Source: Candidatus Poribacteria bacterium (GTDB taxonomy: Bacteria; Poribacteria; WGA-4E; PCPOR2b). From it: a stretch of 64,000 nt of DNA. Where the stretch lies: positions 3,360,001-3,424,000 of the forward strand of contig OZ242326.1 of the NCBI GenBank assembly GCA_965208325.1, written 5' to 3'. The notes beneath the pieces were generated by a model. It had not been told where the DNA came from and made no database searches. It was given only the letters and a program-made list of their open reading frames with translations. The position numbers and the translations under genes are program-made. Positions 18,121 to 27,841 of the stretch are shown piece by piece (the first letter of the stretch is position 1; each line of letters begins with the position of its first letter).

Positions 18121-20424
18121 ATGTCAATTGAGAGTCTCTTCTTCATTTTAAGGTCAACCCTTGTGCATGCCCATGGCGGGATGGCTTTTGTTGCAGCGTC
18201 GGGGGAGGCTATGCCGTGGCAAATCCCAGCGCGGTGCAATTTTAAAAACCCGGGCGAACTACAGATGGAGGCGTTGTCTGGAAAATGGGCAATGCAATCC
18301 GGACTGCTTGTCCAATCGGATCCAACCACCCGCAGCGAGGCGGACCTCCAGCACGGGAGCGCGGTCATTGTCGTACCCAATCCCAAATTCGAGCGGTGCC
18401 GTGTAAAGGCGCTTGTCAAGCTAGACAAGCCCGACACACCGGAGGCTGAAGCGGGCATTGCCGTGCACGCAAAAGACAGAAATACCTACATCATCTGCTC
18501 TATCCGCCGGGGGAAGGGGGACTCCTTATACGCGGCGTTGACGAGGTTTGGACCGGGCTACGATTTCGGACGGATGCCGGGAGATTTGGTGCAGTTGCCC
18601 AGAGATCAACGCGATTCGTGGCATCAGATTGAAGTTCACGCCGACGGTGCGCACGTGCAGGCGGTGTTCAATAACGGAGTTACGCTCACGTATTCCTTCC
18701 CGTTGGTTGAAGGGAGTATGCCGTCGTTTCCGAAGGAGGTGCGGCGTCCGACCCATGTATCGGACCAGACCACAGACATCCATCTAGTTTCAAGGTGGGG
18801 GCCGGAAGTATTTCAGATGAACGGGAAGGTGGGTTTGGTTACGCGAAACACCGCGGCGCGTTTTGCGTATTTGGACGTGGACGATCTGCCGCCAGACACA
18901 ATGCTGCATACCGCGTTTAACCCGCCGTATGATGGGAACGGACGCATCCTGCCGCGTTGGGAATACTCGTGGATAATGGAAAAGTACACCGAATGGTTCC
19001 TTAATTCCCGGAATCTTGTGACTGGCGGGGGCGGAAGCCCGGAAGCAAAGGGCACGGATTTTGACAAGATGATGGACGAGACCGGCTGGCCGCCTTACTT
19101 TTTCACATGGGCAACAGTTCTCGACGACATGGGATTCGACTCCCCCACCCAATGGCCGACCCACAACGGTCCGCCGACGATATTCGGATTTATTCAATAT
19201 TATCTGTACAGCGGCGATGCGCGGCCGCTCGCGGCGGCGAGGCAATGGGCGGACTGGCTGATTGATTCGTTTAGCACAGCCGAAGATTTCACCTTTCCTA
19301 ACCTGCCAAAATCCACCTTTGGCATCCGAGAAGAACAACCGCTAACCGGCGGATTAGCGGACTTGATTGAACTGGATAAGGCTTCCTATACCGGGCTCGC
19401 CTATCTGTCGCTTTATGCGGTGACAGAGGAAGCAAAATATCTTCAGGCAGCGCAAAAAATTGCCGAATCCCTATTACTTCGCCAGCGGCGCGACGGCAGT
19501 TTTCCGTTTCGGGTCAGCCTAGAGACGGGTGAAGTCGTCGGCGAATACACCGCCAGCCAGTTGTGGCACGCTCAACTTTACAAGAATTTAGCGTATCTGA
19601 CGGGAAATGCGGATTATCGGCAAGCCGGCGAGCGCGCCCTTGCTTGGCTGGTTGAAGGGCCTGTGAAAACCAACCGTTGGTGGGGCTTTTACGGGGACAA
19701 TCCGGAGGACACAGATTCTGAAGGCGAGAAATCATACGATCAGCAAACCGCACTCATGACCGCTCAGTGGCTGATTGACCACCTCCACGAGAGCGGCGAG
19801 TATTTGGCGTGCGTTAGGGGCATCCTCGATTATATACAGGAGAAATTTGCCATACCGGACGGTATTCACAGAGGCGTTCCGGCGATTGGTGAACAGACTG
19901 GCTGGCCTGCGTTTCTGCCGCATCACAATATGCGGCTGGCAGAAACCTATGCCCGGTTGTATGGCGCGACTGGGGATCCGGCAGCAAAAGAACTCGCGCT
20001 TCGCATCACGAACTCGATGACATGGATGGTTCAGGCTGACGGCAAGTACCGTCAGGGACTAAACTCCGGCATCGAAAATCGGACCTGCCTGCTTTTGGAT
20101 TTTAACACCCAACTTTCGCGAATCATGGCAGAGTTTCCGGAAACCGCGCCCGACGGCGAGAACCATCTGCTGTATCATTCCGGTTATGTGAAGAAAATCA
20201 GATACGATGACAAGGCGATCCGTTACGAATGCTTAACGCCCAGCCAGGACATCCTGGTTGTGAGTTTCAAACCGAAGCAGGTAACGATTAACGGTCAACC
20301 CATCCCGGAGGTCAAGACGCCGCCGCAATCTCGTGCGATTACGGCGCCCGCCGGTTGGCTATACGAACCGGACACGTGCCGCCTGATCGTGCTTCATGAG
20401 CGCGGTACGGTGGAAATCAGGTAG
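18121..20424 (+). CDS. Hypothetical protein, beta-sandwich N-terminus plus (alpha/alpha)6 glycosidase-like domain
   Basis: 767-aa ORF; LYAVTEEAKYLQAAQKIAESLL and LAYLTGNADYRQAG helical hairpin repeats. Start uncertain. Confidence 0.6.
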   Translation: MSIESLFFILRSTLVHAHGGMAFVAASGEAMPWQIPARCNFKNPGELQMEALSGKWAMQSGLLVQSDPTTRSEADLQHGSAVIVVPNPKFERCRVKALVKLDKPDTPEAEAGIAVHAKDRNTYIICSIRRGKGDSLYAALTRFGPGYDFGRMPGDLVQLPRDQRDSWHQIEVHADGAHVQAVFNNGVTLTYSFPLVEGSMPSFPKEVRRPTHVSDQTTDIHLVSRWGPEVFQMNGKVGLVTRNTAARFAYLDVDDLPPDTMLHTAFNPPYDGNGRILPRWEYSWIMEKYTEWFLNSRNLVTGGGGSPEAKGTDFDKMMDETGWPPYFFTWATVLDDMGFDSPTQWPTHNGPPTIFGFIQYYLYSGDARPLAAARQWADWLIDSFSTAEDFTFPNLPKSTFGIREEQPLTGGLADLIELDKASYTGLAYLSLYAVTEEAKYLQAAQKIAESLLLRQRRDGSFPFRVSLETGEVVGEYTASQLWHAQLYKNLAYLTGNADYRQAGERALAWLVEGPVKTNRWWGFYGDNPEDTDSEGEKSYDQQTALMTAQWLIDHLHESGEYLACVRGILDYIQEKFAIPDGIHRGVPAIGEQTGWPAFLPHHNMRLAETYARLYGATGDPAAKELALRITNSMTWMVQADGKYRQGLNSGIENRTCLLLDFNTQLSRIMAEFPETAPDGENHLLYHSGYVKKIRYDDKAIRYECLTPSQDILVVSFKPKQVTINGQPIPEVKTPPQSRAITAPAGWLYEPDTCRLIVLHERGTVEIR

Positions 20425-20449
20425 TTAAAGCCTTCGGGGCGGAAGCGTA

Positions 20450-23350
20450 TTAAGGGCCTTCTGGAATAAGATACGCCGACTGTTTTACATTTGGCGGGTG
20501 GGACGCTTCCAGGAAAAGTTCGATTTGCCGGTTAGCAGAGGACGCCGCGACCGGAATCCTGACAACTCGCCACGGTGCGGAGCGAAAATTTGGAACAAGA
20601 GAGTAGCCGCCACCCCCGATTTCTCGGCTGCCAACGGTGCTGCCGGGCAACACCGCCACCCGATGGTTCGCGTGAAAGACAAGCGCCAGAAGGGCATTCT
20701 CAGGACACGGTTCGATAGCACCCCGAACATGAATGACGGAAGTCTCCGCCTTCTCGAAGGACAGGTTCAGTTGTTGAGAGGGCGGGGCTGGAGGCGTCTC
20801 GCCCAATTGCGCCTCCTGAAACGGCTCATCCAATTCCGGCGCCTCGCCCACAGGCGCAAGCTGGAGAAGAACAACCTCAAAGGGTCGAAGATACCAGTTT
20901 ATGGATTCACCGAACTGCCATTTGGAACGGCGCGGCGTCACCAATCGAGCCGGCACCGGATAGTGCCGATAGAGATGCCACGCTCCATCACGCGCTATGC
21001 CGATGCTTTCATCCAAGCGGAGTTCCACATGCTGATCCTGCCATGTGGGATTATTCACGGCGGCGAAGACGTGTTGTCCGTCGGAACAGGCGTAACCGTA
21101 GGGTTCGCCTTTCCATGGATTGCTGATAATTGGCTGGGAATTCAGGAAACATTCGGGATGAGCCTTGAAGACTTTGGCGATGCGAGTCAACGCAGCGATG
21201 TCTTCGCCGGAGAAGCGCCGCAGGTCAGCCCAGAGATGTAAAACACCGGTACCGCGGCAGATATCCAGCACAAGGTTTTCAAGCCAGCGTTCAAAACCGA
21301 GGGGCGCCCATCCTGTGGTCATCCAGACACCCAACGAATCGCGGCCGGCAGCCGGCGTATCGTGCCGATACTGTTGCGCCTGATCCAACATGAGCATAAA
21401 GGTGTCCCTGTCGTAAAGCGTCGGAAAGGCGCTTGGCGTCTGCATCTCCATGTTCAGGCCGGTGTCGAATGCGGTATGCCCGTGGAGCAGCCACCACGGC
21501 GAATCGTGTCCCCAATACAGGAAGAGCCAGATATCGGGACACAACTTGCGTGCATGGGCGTAGATTTGGATGTTGGCGTCTTGGATTGGCTCAACCGAGT
21601 ATTTTCCGGGCAGGTGCAATCGTTTTTCGGCGTGTTCACGGTTGTAGCACCGCGGCTGCATCCCGTCGTGCTTTAAGCCTTCGATGCCGTGATCGGCGAG
21701 ATGGTGAGAGAGCACGCTTCGCCAGTGGTCCCGCACCTCGTCTGGAACGGTACACCCGCCGGTCAGCCATAGCCCGAAGCGCATCTCTAGCTCGTTGGCT
21801 CTTTCGATTATCCGCTGCGGACCGTCCGGAAAGGTTTTCTCGTTCCACACCTTGAGTCCGAACCGTTTCCCGAACTCCCACCAGCCGGCGTCCATCCAGA
21901 AGTAGTCGAACCGAAGCCCAACCTGGTTCTGTAACTCTTCCATCTTATCCATGATGGAGAGGCATACCGTTTCGGAAGGGGGATCTAGACGGCCCCAAGC
22001 GTGCGGCCTGCCCCACGCAGCGCCAAGCCCATCGTAATGCAGCGAGGTCTTCATCCCCATGGACTTGCGGCGCATCGACCGCGACATGATGTAGTCCCAA
22101 AACGCACTTCGCGCCTCGCCGGCTCTCGCCATGCCCCATACCGCTTGTTTTGAAGTGTATACTTCGCCCGGTTGCAGATAGCGCCCCGGAAACAGCCGTA
22201 AGCGCGCTCGCCCTTCGCTTCCCTGTGTCACGCCGGACGGGTGTGCGATACTCGCAAATACGGTATCACCGAGGTAGATGGGAAGTCCCCGGAAGCCTTC
22301 GGTGACCGGGGCATCAATACGGTAATCTCCCAGATTGACATCCAAGAGCAGCTGTTCGGCGTCCGTGGTATTCTTGAACGTGATCCATTTTCGCAGGGCT
22401 GGTTCGTCCGCCTTCCATTCGTAATGGAGTTGAAGTTCACCGAGGATAGGGTCGGTGTCCAACGCGATTCGGATATGGTGCGTTTCTCGCGTCCCAACGA
22501 GGACTTCTACGTTTTTTGCTCCGGTGACGGCGGCATCTTGGAATGCTGCGCCAATGGATACGAATTGGTCGCCTAACAGCAGGATACGCGTGGATTCGTA
22601 ATGCCGGTCGGGGTCGAGGCGTCTCAACCGTGCGGGGCGGCAATCGAACTGCGACCACGCTTGGACAGCGAGGACGTTGCGTGCTCCAAAGCGAAGGGAG
22701 CGGTAATGCGCGTCATCAGGATTCAGCGTCACTAAATTGGGATCGGTCCACTCCTGCTGGACGCGGCGTTCACCGATCGGCGCTCCGTTCACGAAAAACC
22801 GCTGTTCGCCGAAATCGTAGATGCCGCAACCGCCCAACCCAAACGAGACTGACCTGCCAGTTGCCTCCGGTAGTTCGAATGCAACGCGGTACCAGTTGTA
22901 GCCATCCGGGTTTGGGCTGCGTGGAGTGCCGCCGGGGCCTGAGCTGAGCACCCACGGCGAATCTGTATCCTGCCACTGGCTATCGTCGAAATCGTGTCGG
23001 TGAAATCCGAAGCGGAATCCGTTCTCGTCGTCCGGCGCGCTCGCGCTGACTCCGCCGGCGGCTTGTTTCCACTCAAGAAGTTCAATGCGCTGTTTCGCCG
23101 CGGAGAATCTTAACCCGCACTCAGGACCATTGCCCAAGCCGATCCGTTCGCCCGTCAGACGATTCTCAATGACTACCGCGTGGACGCCATTCGAAAGGTC
23201 GAGTTGCCAACGAAAATCGCCGCTGCCGAGGCTGAGATTGCCGTCCTGTTGTTCAATGTAGCAGCCACGCTCTTCTTGGGGATTGGCAGTTGAGCTTGTC
23301 AGCAACAACATCAACACTCCGAGACATCGAGACATTGCCGGGTTTTTCAT
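20450..23350 (-). CDS. Secreted glycoside hydrolase, GH27/GH36 alpha-galactosidase-like, with sugar-binding domain
   Basis: Signal peptide; NWYRVAF; FDYFWMDAGW; MRFGLW; GLKHDG. Confidence 0.7.
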   Translation of the reverse strand: MKNPAMSRCLGVLMLLLTSSTANPQEERGCYIEQQDGNLSLGSGDFRWQLDLSNGVHAVVIENRLTGERIGLGNGPECGLRFSAAKQRIELLEWKQAAGGVSASAPDDENGFRFGFHRHDFDDSQWQDTDSPWVLSSGPGGTPRSPNPDGYNWYRVAFELPEATGRSVSFGLGGCGIYDFGEQRFFVNGAPIGERRVQQEWTDPNLVTLNPDDAHYRSLRFGARNVLAVQAWSQFDCRPARLRRLDPDRHYESTRILLLGDQFVSIGAAFQDAAVTGAKNVEVLVGTRETHHIRIALDTDPILGELQLHYEWKADEPALRKWITFKNTTDAEQLLLDVNLGDYRIDAPVTEGFRGLPIYLGDTVFASIAHPSGVTQGSEGRARLRLFPGRYLQPGEVYTSKQAVWGMARAGEARSAFWDYIMSRSMRRKSMGMKTSLHYDGLGAAWGRPHAWGRLDPPSETVCLSIMDKMEELQNQVGLRFDYFWMDAGWWEFGKRFGLKVWNEKTFPDGPQRIIERANELEMRFGLWLTGGCTVPDEVRDHWRSVLSHHLADHGIEGLKHDGMQPRCYNREHAEKRLHLPGKYSVEPIQDANIQIYAHARKLCPDIWLFLYWGHDSPWWLLHGHTAFDTGLNMEMQTPSAFPTLYDRDTFMLMLDQAQQYRHDTPAAGRDSLGVWMTTGWAPLGFERWLENLVLDICRGTGVLHLWADLRRFSGEDIAALTRIAKVFKAHPECFLNSQPIISNPWKGEPYGYACSDGQHVFAAVNNPTWQDQHVELRLDESIGIARDGAWHLYRHYPVPARLVTPRRSKWQFGESINWYLRPFEVVLLQLAPVGEAPELDEPFQEAQLGETPPAPPSQQLNLSFEKAETSVIHVRGAIEPCPENALLALVFHANHRVAVLPGSTVGSREIGGGGYSLVPNFRSAPWRVVRIPVAASSANRQIELFLEASHPPNVKQSAYLIPEGP

Positions 23351-23438
23351 TGCCGGAGGATTTGTGAGGTGATGGCTGCGAACCGCATCTAAACATGGTT
23401 TCTACAAAGCCAAGACTGAAATGATTCGGCTGGGAAGG

Positions 23439-24068
23439 TTAAACCGACCGAAGCGCCGTATCCAACGGTGTTTCGCCTTCGAGCAGGCTAAAACACTTGC
23501 CGATGGTGTTTTCCACGTCGAGACACATCACCAGCGCGGCGGCGAGGTTTTCGCGCGAGGTCTGGCCGTCGCCGTGTATTTGAGAGTTGACGACAACCTC
23601 GCCCGTGCCGGGTTCATCGGTCAACCCGCCCGGACAGATAATCGTATAGTCTAAATCGGATTGGGAGAGGTGAGCGTCCGCATGCCCCTTGGCTTTGTGG
23701 TAGTGTGCAATTGTCGAGCGGCTGTTCACGTCCGCATTCAGCGCGCTGAGCATGATGTACCGGCTCGCGCCGAGCACCTGAGCCGACACCATTGAGCGTA
23801 TTGCCCCAATGTGATCTACGAGTACGGTCTTGTCTTTTCCTGTATGGCTTCCCGAACCCGCGGCAAAGATCATTGCATCACAGCCTTTGACGGCGTGGTC
23901 GATGGGATATTCCAGATCGGCAAGTACCGCCGGCACGCCCATACCGTCAAATTTTTCGCGTTGCGCCGGATTGCGGATCATGGCGATCGGCTGGTGAGGG
24001 CTGTCTTTCAATCGCTGCACAACGCGAGTCCCGGTATTTCCATTTGCGCCAATGACCAACACTTTCAT
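23439..24068 (-). CDS. Atypical SDR / NAD(P)H-binding oxidoreductase
   Basis: MKVLVIGANGNTG, IFAAGSG, YHKAK, LDYTIICPGGL. Confidence 0.92.
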   Translation of the reverse strand: MKVLVIGANGNTGTRVVQRLKDSPHQPIAMIRNPAQREKFDGMGVPAVLADLEYPIDHAVKGCDAMIFAAGSGSHTGKDKTVLVDHIGAIRSMVSAQVLGASRYIMLSALNADVNSRSTIAHYHKAKGHADAHLSQSDLDYTIICPGGLTDEPGTGEVVVNSQIHGDGQTSRENLAAALVMCLDVENTIGKCFSLLEGETPLDTALRSV

Positions 24069-24094
24069 ATTTCACCTTATTTTATCTTTGGAGG

Positions 24095-25036
24095 TTATTT
24101 GGCGGTTGGCAGCGTAACCGAGCGGCTTGCCACCCGAAGCTGGGATTCGCGGTAGAACGGTTGACTCCACCCCCGCTTGATACCGCTGACGGCTTCGACC
24201 CGAAAATAGGTCAGGTTTGGTTCAACCTTCCATTCTAAACGGTTGCCTCTAACACGGTGCAATGCGGCACCGCCGTCGCCGATGACGCGCAGTTCTCTCG
24301 TACCCGCGGCTTCCACGACCAAGGTGTCGGAAGACGAGCCATTTGACCCCAGCGCAATTTTTTCAAAGGCGGGGTATGTACTGGAGAAAAATGCACCATT
24401 TTTTAGTTGCTGGACGATGGTACTCCAACTCACGGGTTCCGGTGTGTCTTCGGGCACTTGGACACATACCCAACCGTGGCCCGGCGTGACATAGGCGCAA
24501 TGAAAATCATCGGTGGCAACGCCCCAAATTCGCCCGCCGCCGGTTAAGATTTGGTCCCAGAGCGCGACATTTGCCAATTCGTTGCAGCCCCGCCCCTCGC
24601 GTAAACCGTTAAAAATCTCAAAGCCGTGCAGCATTCCCACGGCATCGCGGATATCCTCCTCGCCGCAATCCGGATATTCTTGCGGATGACATCCGACGAC
24701 AAATCCGCCAGCCTGCCGCAGCAGCTTTGCTCGTTCGGTGTAGATGTCCGTTCCTGTGGGTGTTACGTCGTAAACGCCTAACTCTAGGATGTGTCCTTTA
24801 CTGCCGTTTTCTTCGCCCGGGATAATAGTAAGACTGTTTTCCGCTTGCCACTTCTGCCACTGTTCCGTGGTATGCGCCAAATTGTGATCGGTGATTGCCA
24901 AGAAATCATAGCCCAAATTGGCGTATATCTGTCCGCTAACGCTGGCATCCATGAATTTCCCGCAGCAGGTGTGCGCATGCAAGTTGCCGCGAAGCCAGCG
25001 GGATGAATTAGAATAGGGGTTTTTGTAGCCGGAAAT
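24095..25036 (-). CDS. PHP-domain metallohydrolase (CehA/McbA-like), probable ATT start
   Basis: WLRGNLHAHT, YDFLAITDHN, IPGEE, CHP, ATDDFH. Frame extends 18 codons upstream of the track start to an ATT 6 nt after AAGGAGG. Confidence 0.8.
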   Translation of the reverse strand: MSGYKNPYSNSSRWLRGNLHAHTCCGKFMDASVSGQIYANLGYDFLAITDHNLAHTTEQWQKWQAENSLTIIPGEENGSKGHILELGVYDVTPTGTDIYTERAKLLRQAGGFVVGCHPQEYPDCGEEDIRDAVGMLHGFEIFNGLREGRGCNELANVALWDQILTGGGRIWGVATDDFHCAYVTPGHGWVCVQVPEDTPEPVSWSTIVQQLKNGAFFSSTYPAFEKIALGSNGSSSDTLVVEAAGTRELRVIGDGGAALHRVRGNRLEWKVEPNLTYFRVEAVSGIKRGWSQPFYRESQLRVASRSVTLPTAK

Positions 25037-25351
25037 GGCGTGCCTCCTTTTAAAGTTCGTTCAATGTATCGTCAATCGTCTTATAAATGCCTGAAATCAG
25101 TGCAGAGGATACCGCATTTGCCCTACAATGTCAACGCAAAATGGGGTTGGATTTTTGTCTGTAATCAAAGGGTATGAGATGACTCATCGTTCTCCTGCCG
25201 TAGTACTTCAGAACACCGGCTTTTGGAATTATTTTGCTCTGGATGGTCGCTATAATGGCTATTTCTAAGTCCGACAGCAGCCCCTAACGACTTTTACTAA
25301 GATTTTTTGAGCGACGCCCGGTTCGATTCCTCCTACCAACAACCATTCGTT

Positions 25352-25483
25352 CAAAGGGGTGACACATTACGTTTCTTTGTACATATTTTGTTTACAACGC
25401 CTGAACGCTAGATTTGGTAAGGGTTACCACGGTTTTCAATCGTAATTTTCCGAATGTTGTAAACAAAACGTGTCACCCCTTTG
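25352..25483. repeat. 132-bp nested inverted repeat (MITE-like or structured element)
   Basis: CAAAGGGGTGACAC/GTGTCACCCCTTTG (14 bp), TTTTGTTTACAAC/GTTGTAAACAAAA (13 bp), central TGGTAA-GGG-TTACCA. Confidence 0.8.
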
Positions 25484-25600
25484 CCTACGTCGCCAGAACG
25501 CTGCCACTCTCGACCGAAAAAAAATTAATCTGCCCGTATCCCTTGGCGCATAAGGGTTTCCAAGTTCAAACCGCGTTCAATTTGAAAGGGATAATCAATC

Positions 25601-25616
25601 TTGGCACAGAATTTGC
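25601..25616 (+). promoter_or_regulatory. Sigma54 -24/-12 promoter
   Basis: TTGGCAC-AGAAT-TTGC matches TGGCAC-N5-TTGC, about 90 bp upstream of ATG 25705. Confidence 0.7.
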
Positions 25617-25704
25617 GAATTTAAGATAGCCAAGATTATAAGTGAGCAGCCTCGTTAATCTTTGGATTTTTCACTAACCCTAAAACAACAAGGAGGGCTA
25701 AAAA

Positions 25705-26586
25705 ATGTCAAATCGTAAAGCGACATTACTAGTGAATCTGATTGTTTTAAGTTTGAGTGTTCAAAATGCTTTGGCACATATAAGTGGTAGCACCAGTGCT
25801 TCCGCCGATGTAAGATTGGAGACAGTTGGTGACGACATTTATATGGTAACCGAAGGTGATGGTACAGCCGATGTTGGTCCTCCGGAAGATTTTGTTCACC
25901 CCGCAGGATATAGCCATAAGGCAGACTATTATCTTCACTTAACCATTGCTCAGGTGTTTCCTTTAGAAACAGTTTATATAGTCTTCTTTTACAAGCTAAT
26001 CTGGGATAGAAGTATGACACACTCAGATGATGACACTGATAAAAAAAGAGTATATACTACTGGTGATAGAAAGGAAGAAACATTGGCGGGTCCTTGCTTA
26101 CAAGGAACAGCTACGTCTGATATGCGTTTGAAGTATGTTAATGCGCAAGGTCAGATACTAAGCCAAACTAGCAGTAGCGATACAGATTCGCTATTTGCTT
26201 GCCCAGGAGGCGTATCAGGTATGAGTAGTAAAGGTATTTCCGGTATAAGTAGTATGGAAGCACAGGGTTTTACTCCCGAGCAACATGAAGCGTTTAGAGA
26301 AGAACTTGCCGATTTAGTGGCTTCTGCTAATGACCCTGATGTTGTGGGTGCATTTAGTGTTAACGGATATCTATTCTTGCAACGTAGGGGTGTTACTTAT
26401 ACCTAAATTGTCGATGGTAGAGAGCAAAGAATTGAATCCGATGAAGCGAATGCCAGCATAGAACGCATAAATGTAACAGACGGTATGGAGTCGGCTCTAA
26501 TTGACCTTATACCTGCTGCACCTCCGCATCATAACTATAAGCCTCCACGTATAACTACTACGTGGGGAAGTCTAAAACAAGGCTAA
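25705..26586 (+). pseudogene. Exported protein with C-terminal TTWGxLK motif, interrupted by in-frame TAA
   Basis: Signal peptide (..NALA/H). TAA at 26404-26406, then the same frame continues 59 codons to AAP...RITTTWGSLKQG*. Confidence 0.8.
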
Positions 26587-26594
26587 ACTTTCTA

Positions 26595-26637
26595 CTGGGT
26601 TAGGTGTGTAGTATTGCATCTGACCCGGCTTTTATTT
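26595..26637 (+). terminator. Putative intrinsic terminator
   Basis: CTGGGTTAGGTGT / GCATCTGACCCGG stem with GU pairs, followed by CTTTTATTT. Confidence 0.55.
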
Positions 26638-26650
26638 AAGGAGGATTCAG

Positions 26651-27589
26651 ATGAAAGTGCTTGTGATAGTATTGCTTAGTGTTCTAGTTATGAGTTGTGG
26701 TGATGATGAAGAATCCTTGACTGTAATTGAACCAGCTAAGCTAGTAGTGGAAAAACCTGAACCTGAAGTCGAAGTAGAGCCAAAAGAGATTATACAACAT
26801 GAAATCCCAGAAGGTATTCCACAAGGGTTAGTTGAGCATTTTGCAGGTTTACAAGCACACATGACACAGGAAGAATGGCAATTAGTCCTGACTCAAGTCG
26901 ATAAGGTCTGTAATAGCAGTAGTGGCTATTTTGGGGTACTAGAAAGGAATTTATCCGAAAAAGCCTTGAAAGCCTTGGAACAATTCAGACCTTTATTGCC
27001 CATAGAACGCAATACAGTTGAAGCGCGTATTAGAGTAATGGGTGAAATACTGCCAGATGTACACTACGCTGAATTGGAGCGTAATGGTGATAAGGTAGTA
27101 CACCACAAACATGCGTACACAGCCATAATCAATTTAGATGGTGTAATTAACAGTCGGGGTGTTGGTAGCGGCGCGGGCTACATGTTGCGTAGTAGTATCG
27201 GTAGTAACCGAATTGATGATGTTCGAGTATCACAGGTAATTGGAAAAGTAGTTGACGCATGGGGCGTACAATGGCGAGAAGAATTTCACCCTCGCTGGAA
27301 AGAAGGAGAATTTCAAGGTAAGCCTATCGAGCTACGCCGTTCATTAGCTACAGAAGATTTAAGGCGTGTTCGTAAATTTTTTAATGAAACATTTAGGATA
27401 CCACACATTCCTAATGATTTAGATTTGTTTATAATCTATGTAGATGAGGCATTTGACCCACTAAACCCAGCAGAAGTCGAAGGTGTGTGGTTTGACCGCG
27501 AAGATGCGCCTCGAGCAACCCGAGAACAACTGGCAGAATATAACAGGATTCATAGTCCTGATGCTTATGATTGTGTGGGGGCAGAATAG
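26651..27589 (+). CDS. Hypothetical lipoprotein
   Basis: AAGGAGG SD; lipobox VMSC-GDD; EP-rich linker; AT-rich. Confidence 0.75.
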   Translation: MKVLVIVLLSVLVMSCGDDEESLTVIEPAKLVVEKPEPEVEVEPKEIIQHEIPEGIPQGLVEHFAGLQAHMTQEEWQLVLTQVDKVCNSSSGYFGVLERNLSEKALKALEQFRPLLPIERNTVEARIRVMGEILPDVHYAELERNGDKVVHHKHAYTAIINLDGVINSRGVGSGAGYMLRSSIGSNRIDDVRVSQVIGKVVDAWGVQWREEFHPRWKEGEFQGKPIELRRSLATEDLRRVRKFFNETFRIPHIPNDLDLFIIYVDEAFDPLNPAEVEGVWFDREDAPRATREQLAEYNRIHSPDAYDCVGAE

Positions 27590-27841
27590 AAGGAGATTAA
27601 TTGGACGTTGGCGAACCATACCTATTCGGGGATTATCAGCTTGGTGATCATCGTGTGGATTGTGCTGTCGATGTTAATTTTATTTTACTTACCCCAGTAA
27701 CCTTGTATTGAACCTCCCTATCCTGTTTACTGCCGTCGCTTTACAACGGGTGCCCACAGTGAAGCGCGGCAGAGGGAACTCGGCGCACGAGATTTTTTTC
27801 CTGATTGCGAGTTGTTTTCTGTTGTTAAGAATCATGGCACC

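Noticed and set aside
25316..25345. GGTTCGATTCC...ACCA resembling a tRNA/tmRNA 3-prime end or att site at the island edge
   Set aside because: The T-stem pairs at only 2 bp and no acceptor or anticodon stems can be built. At most a decayed remnant.
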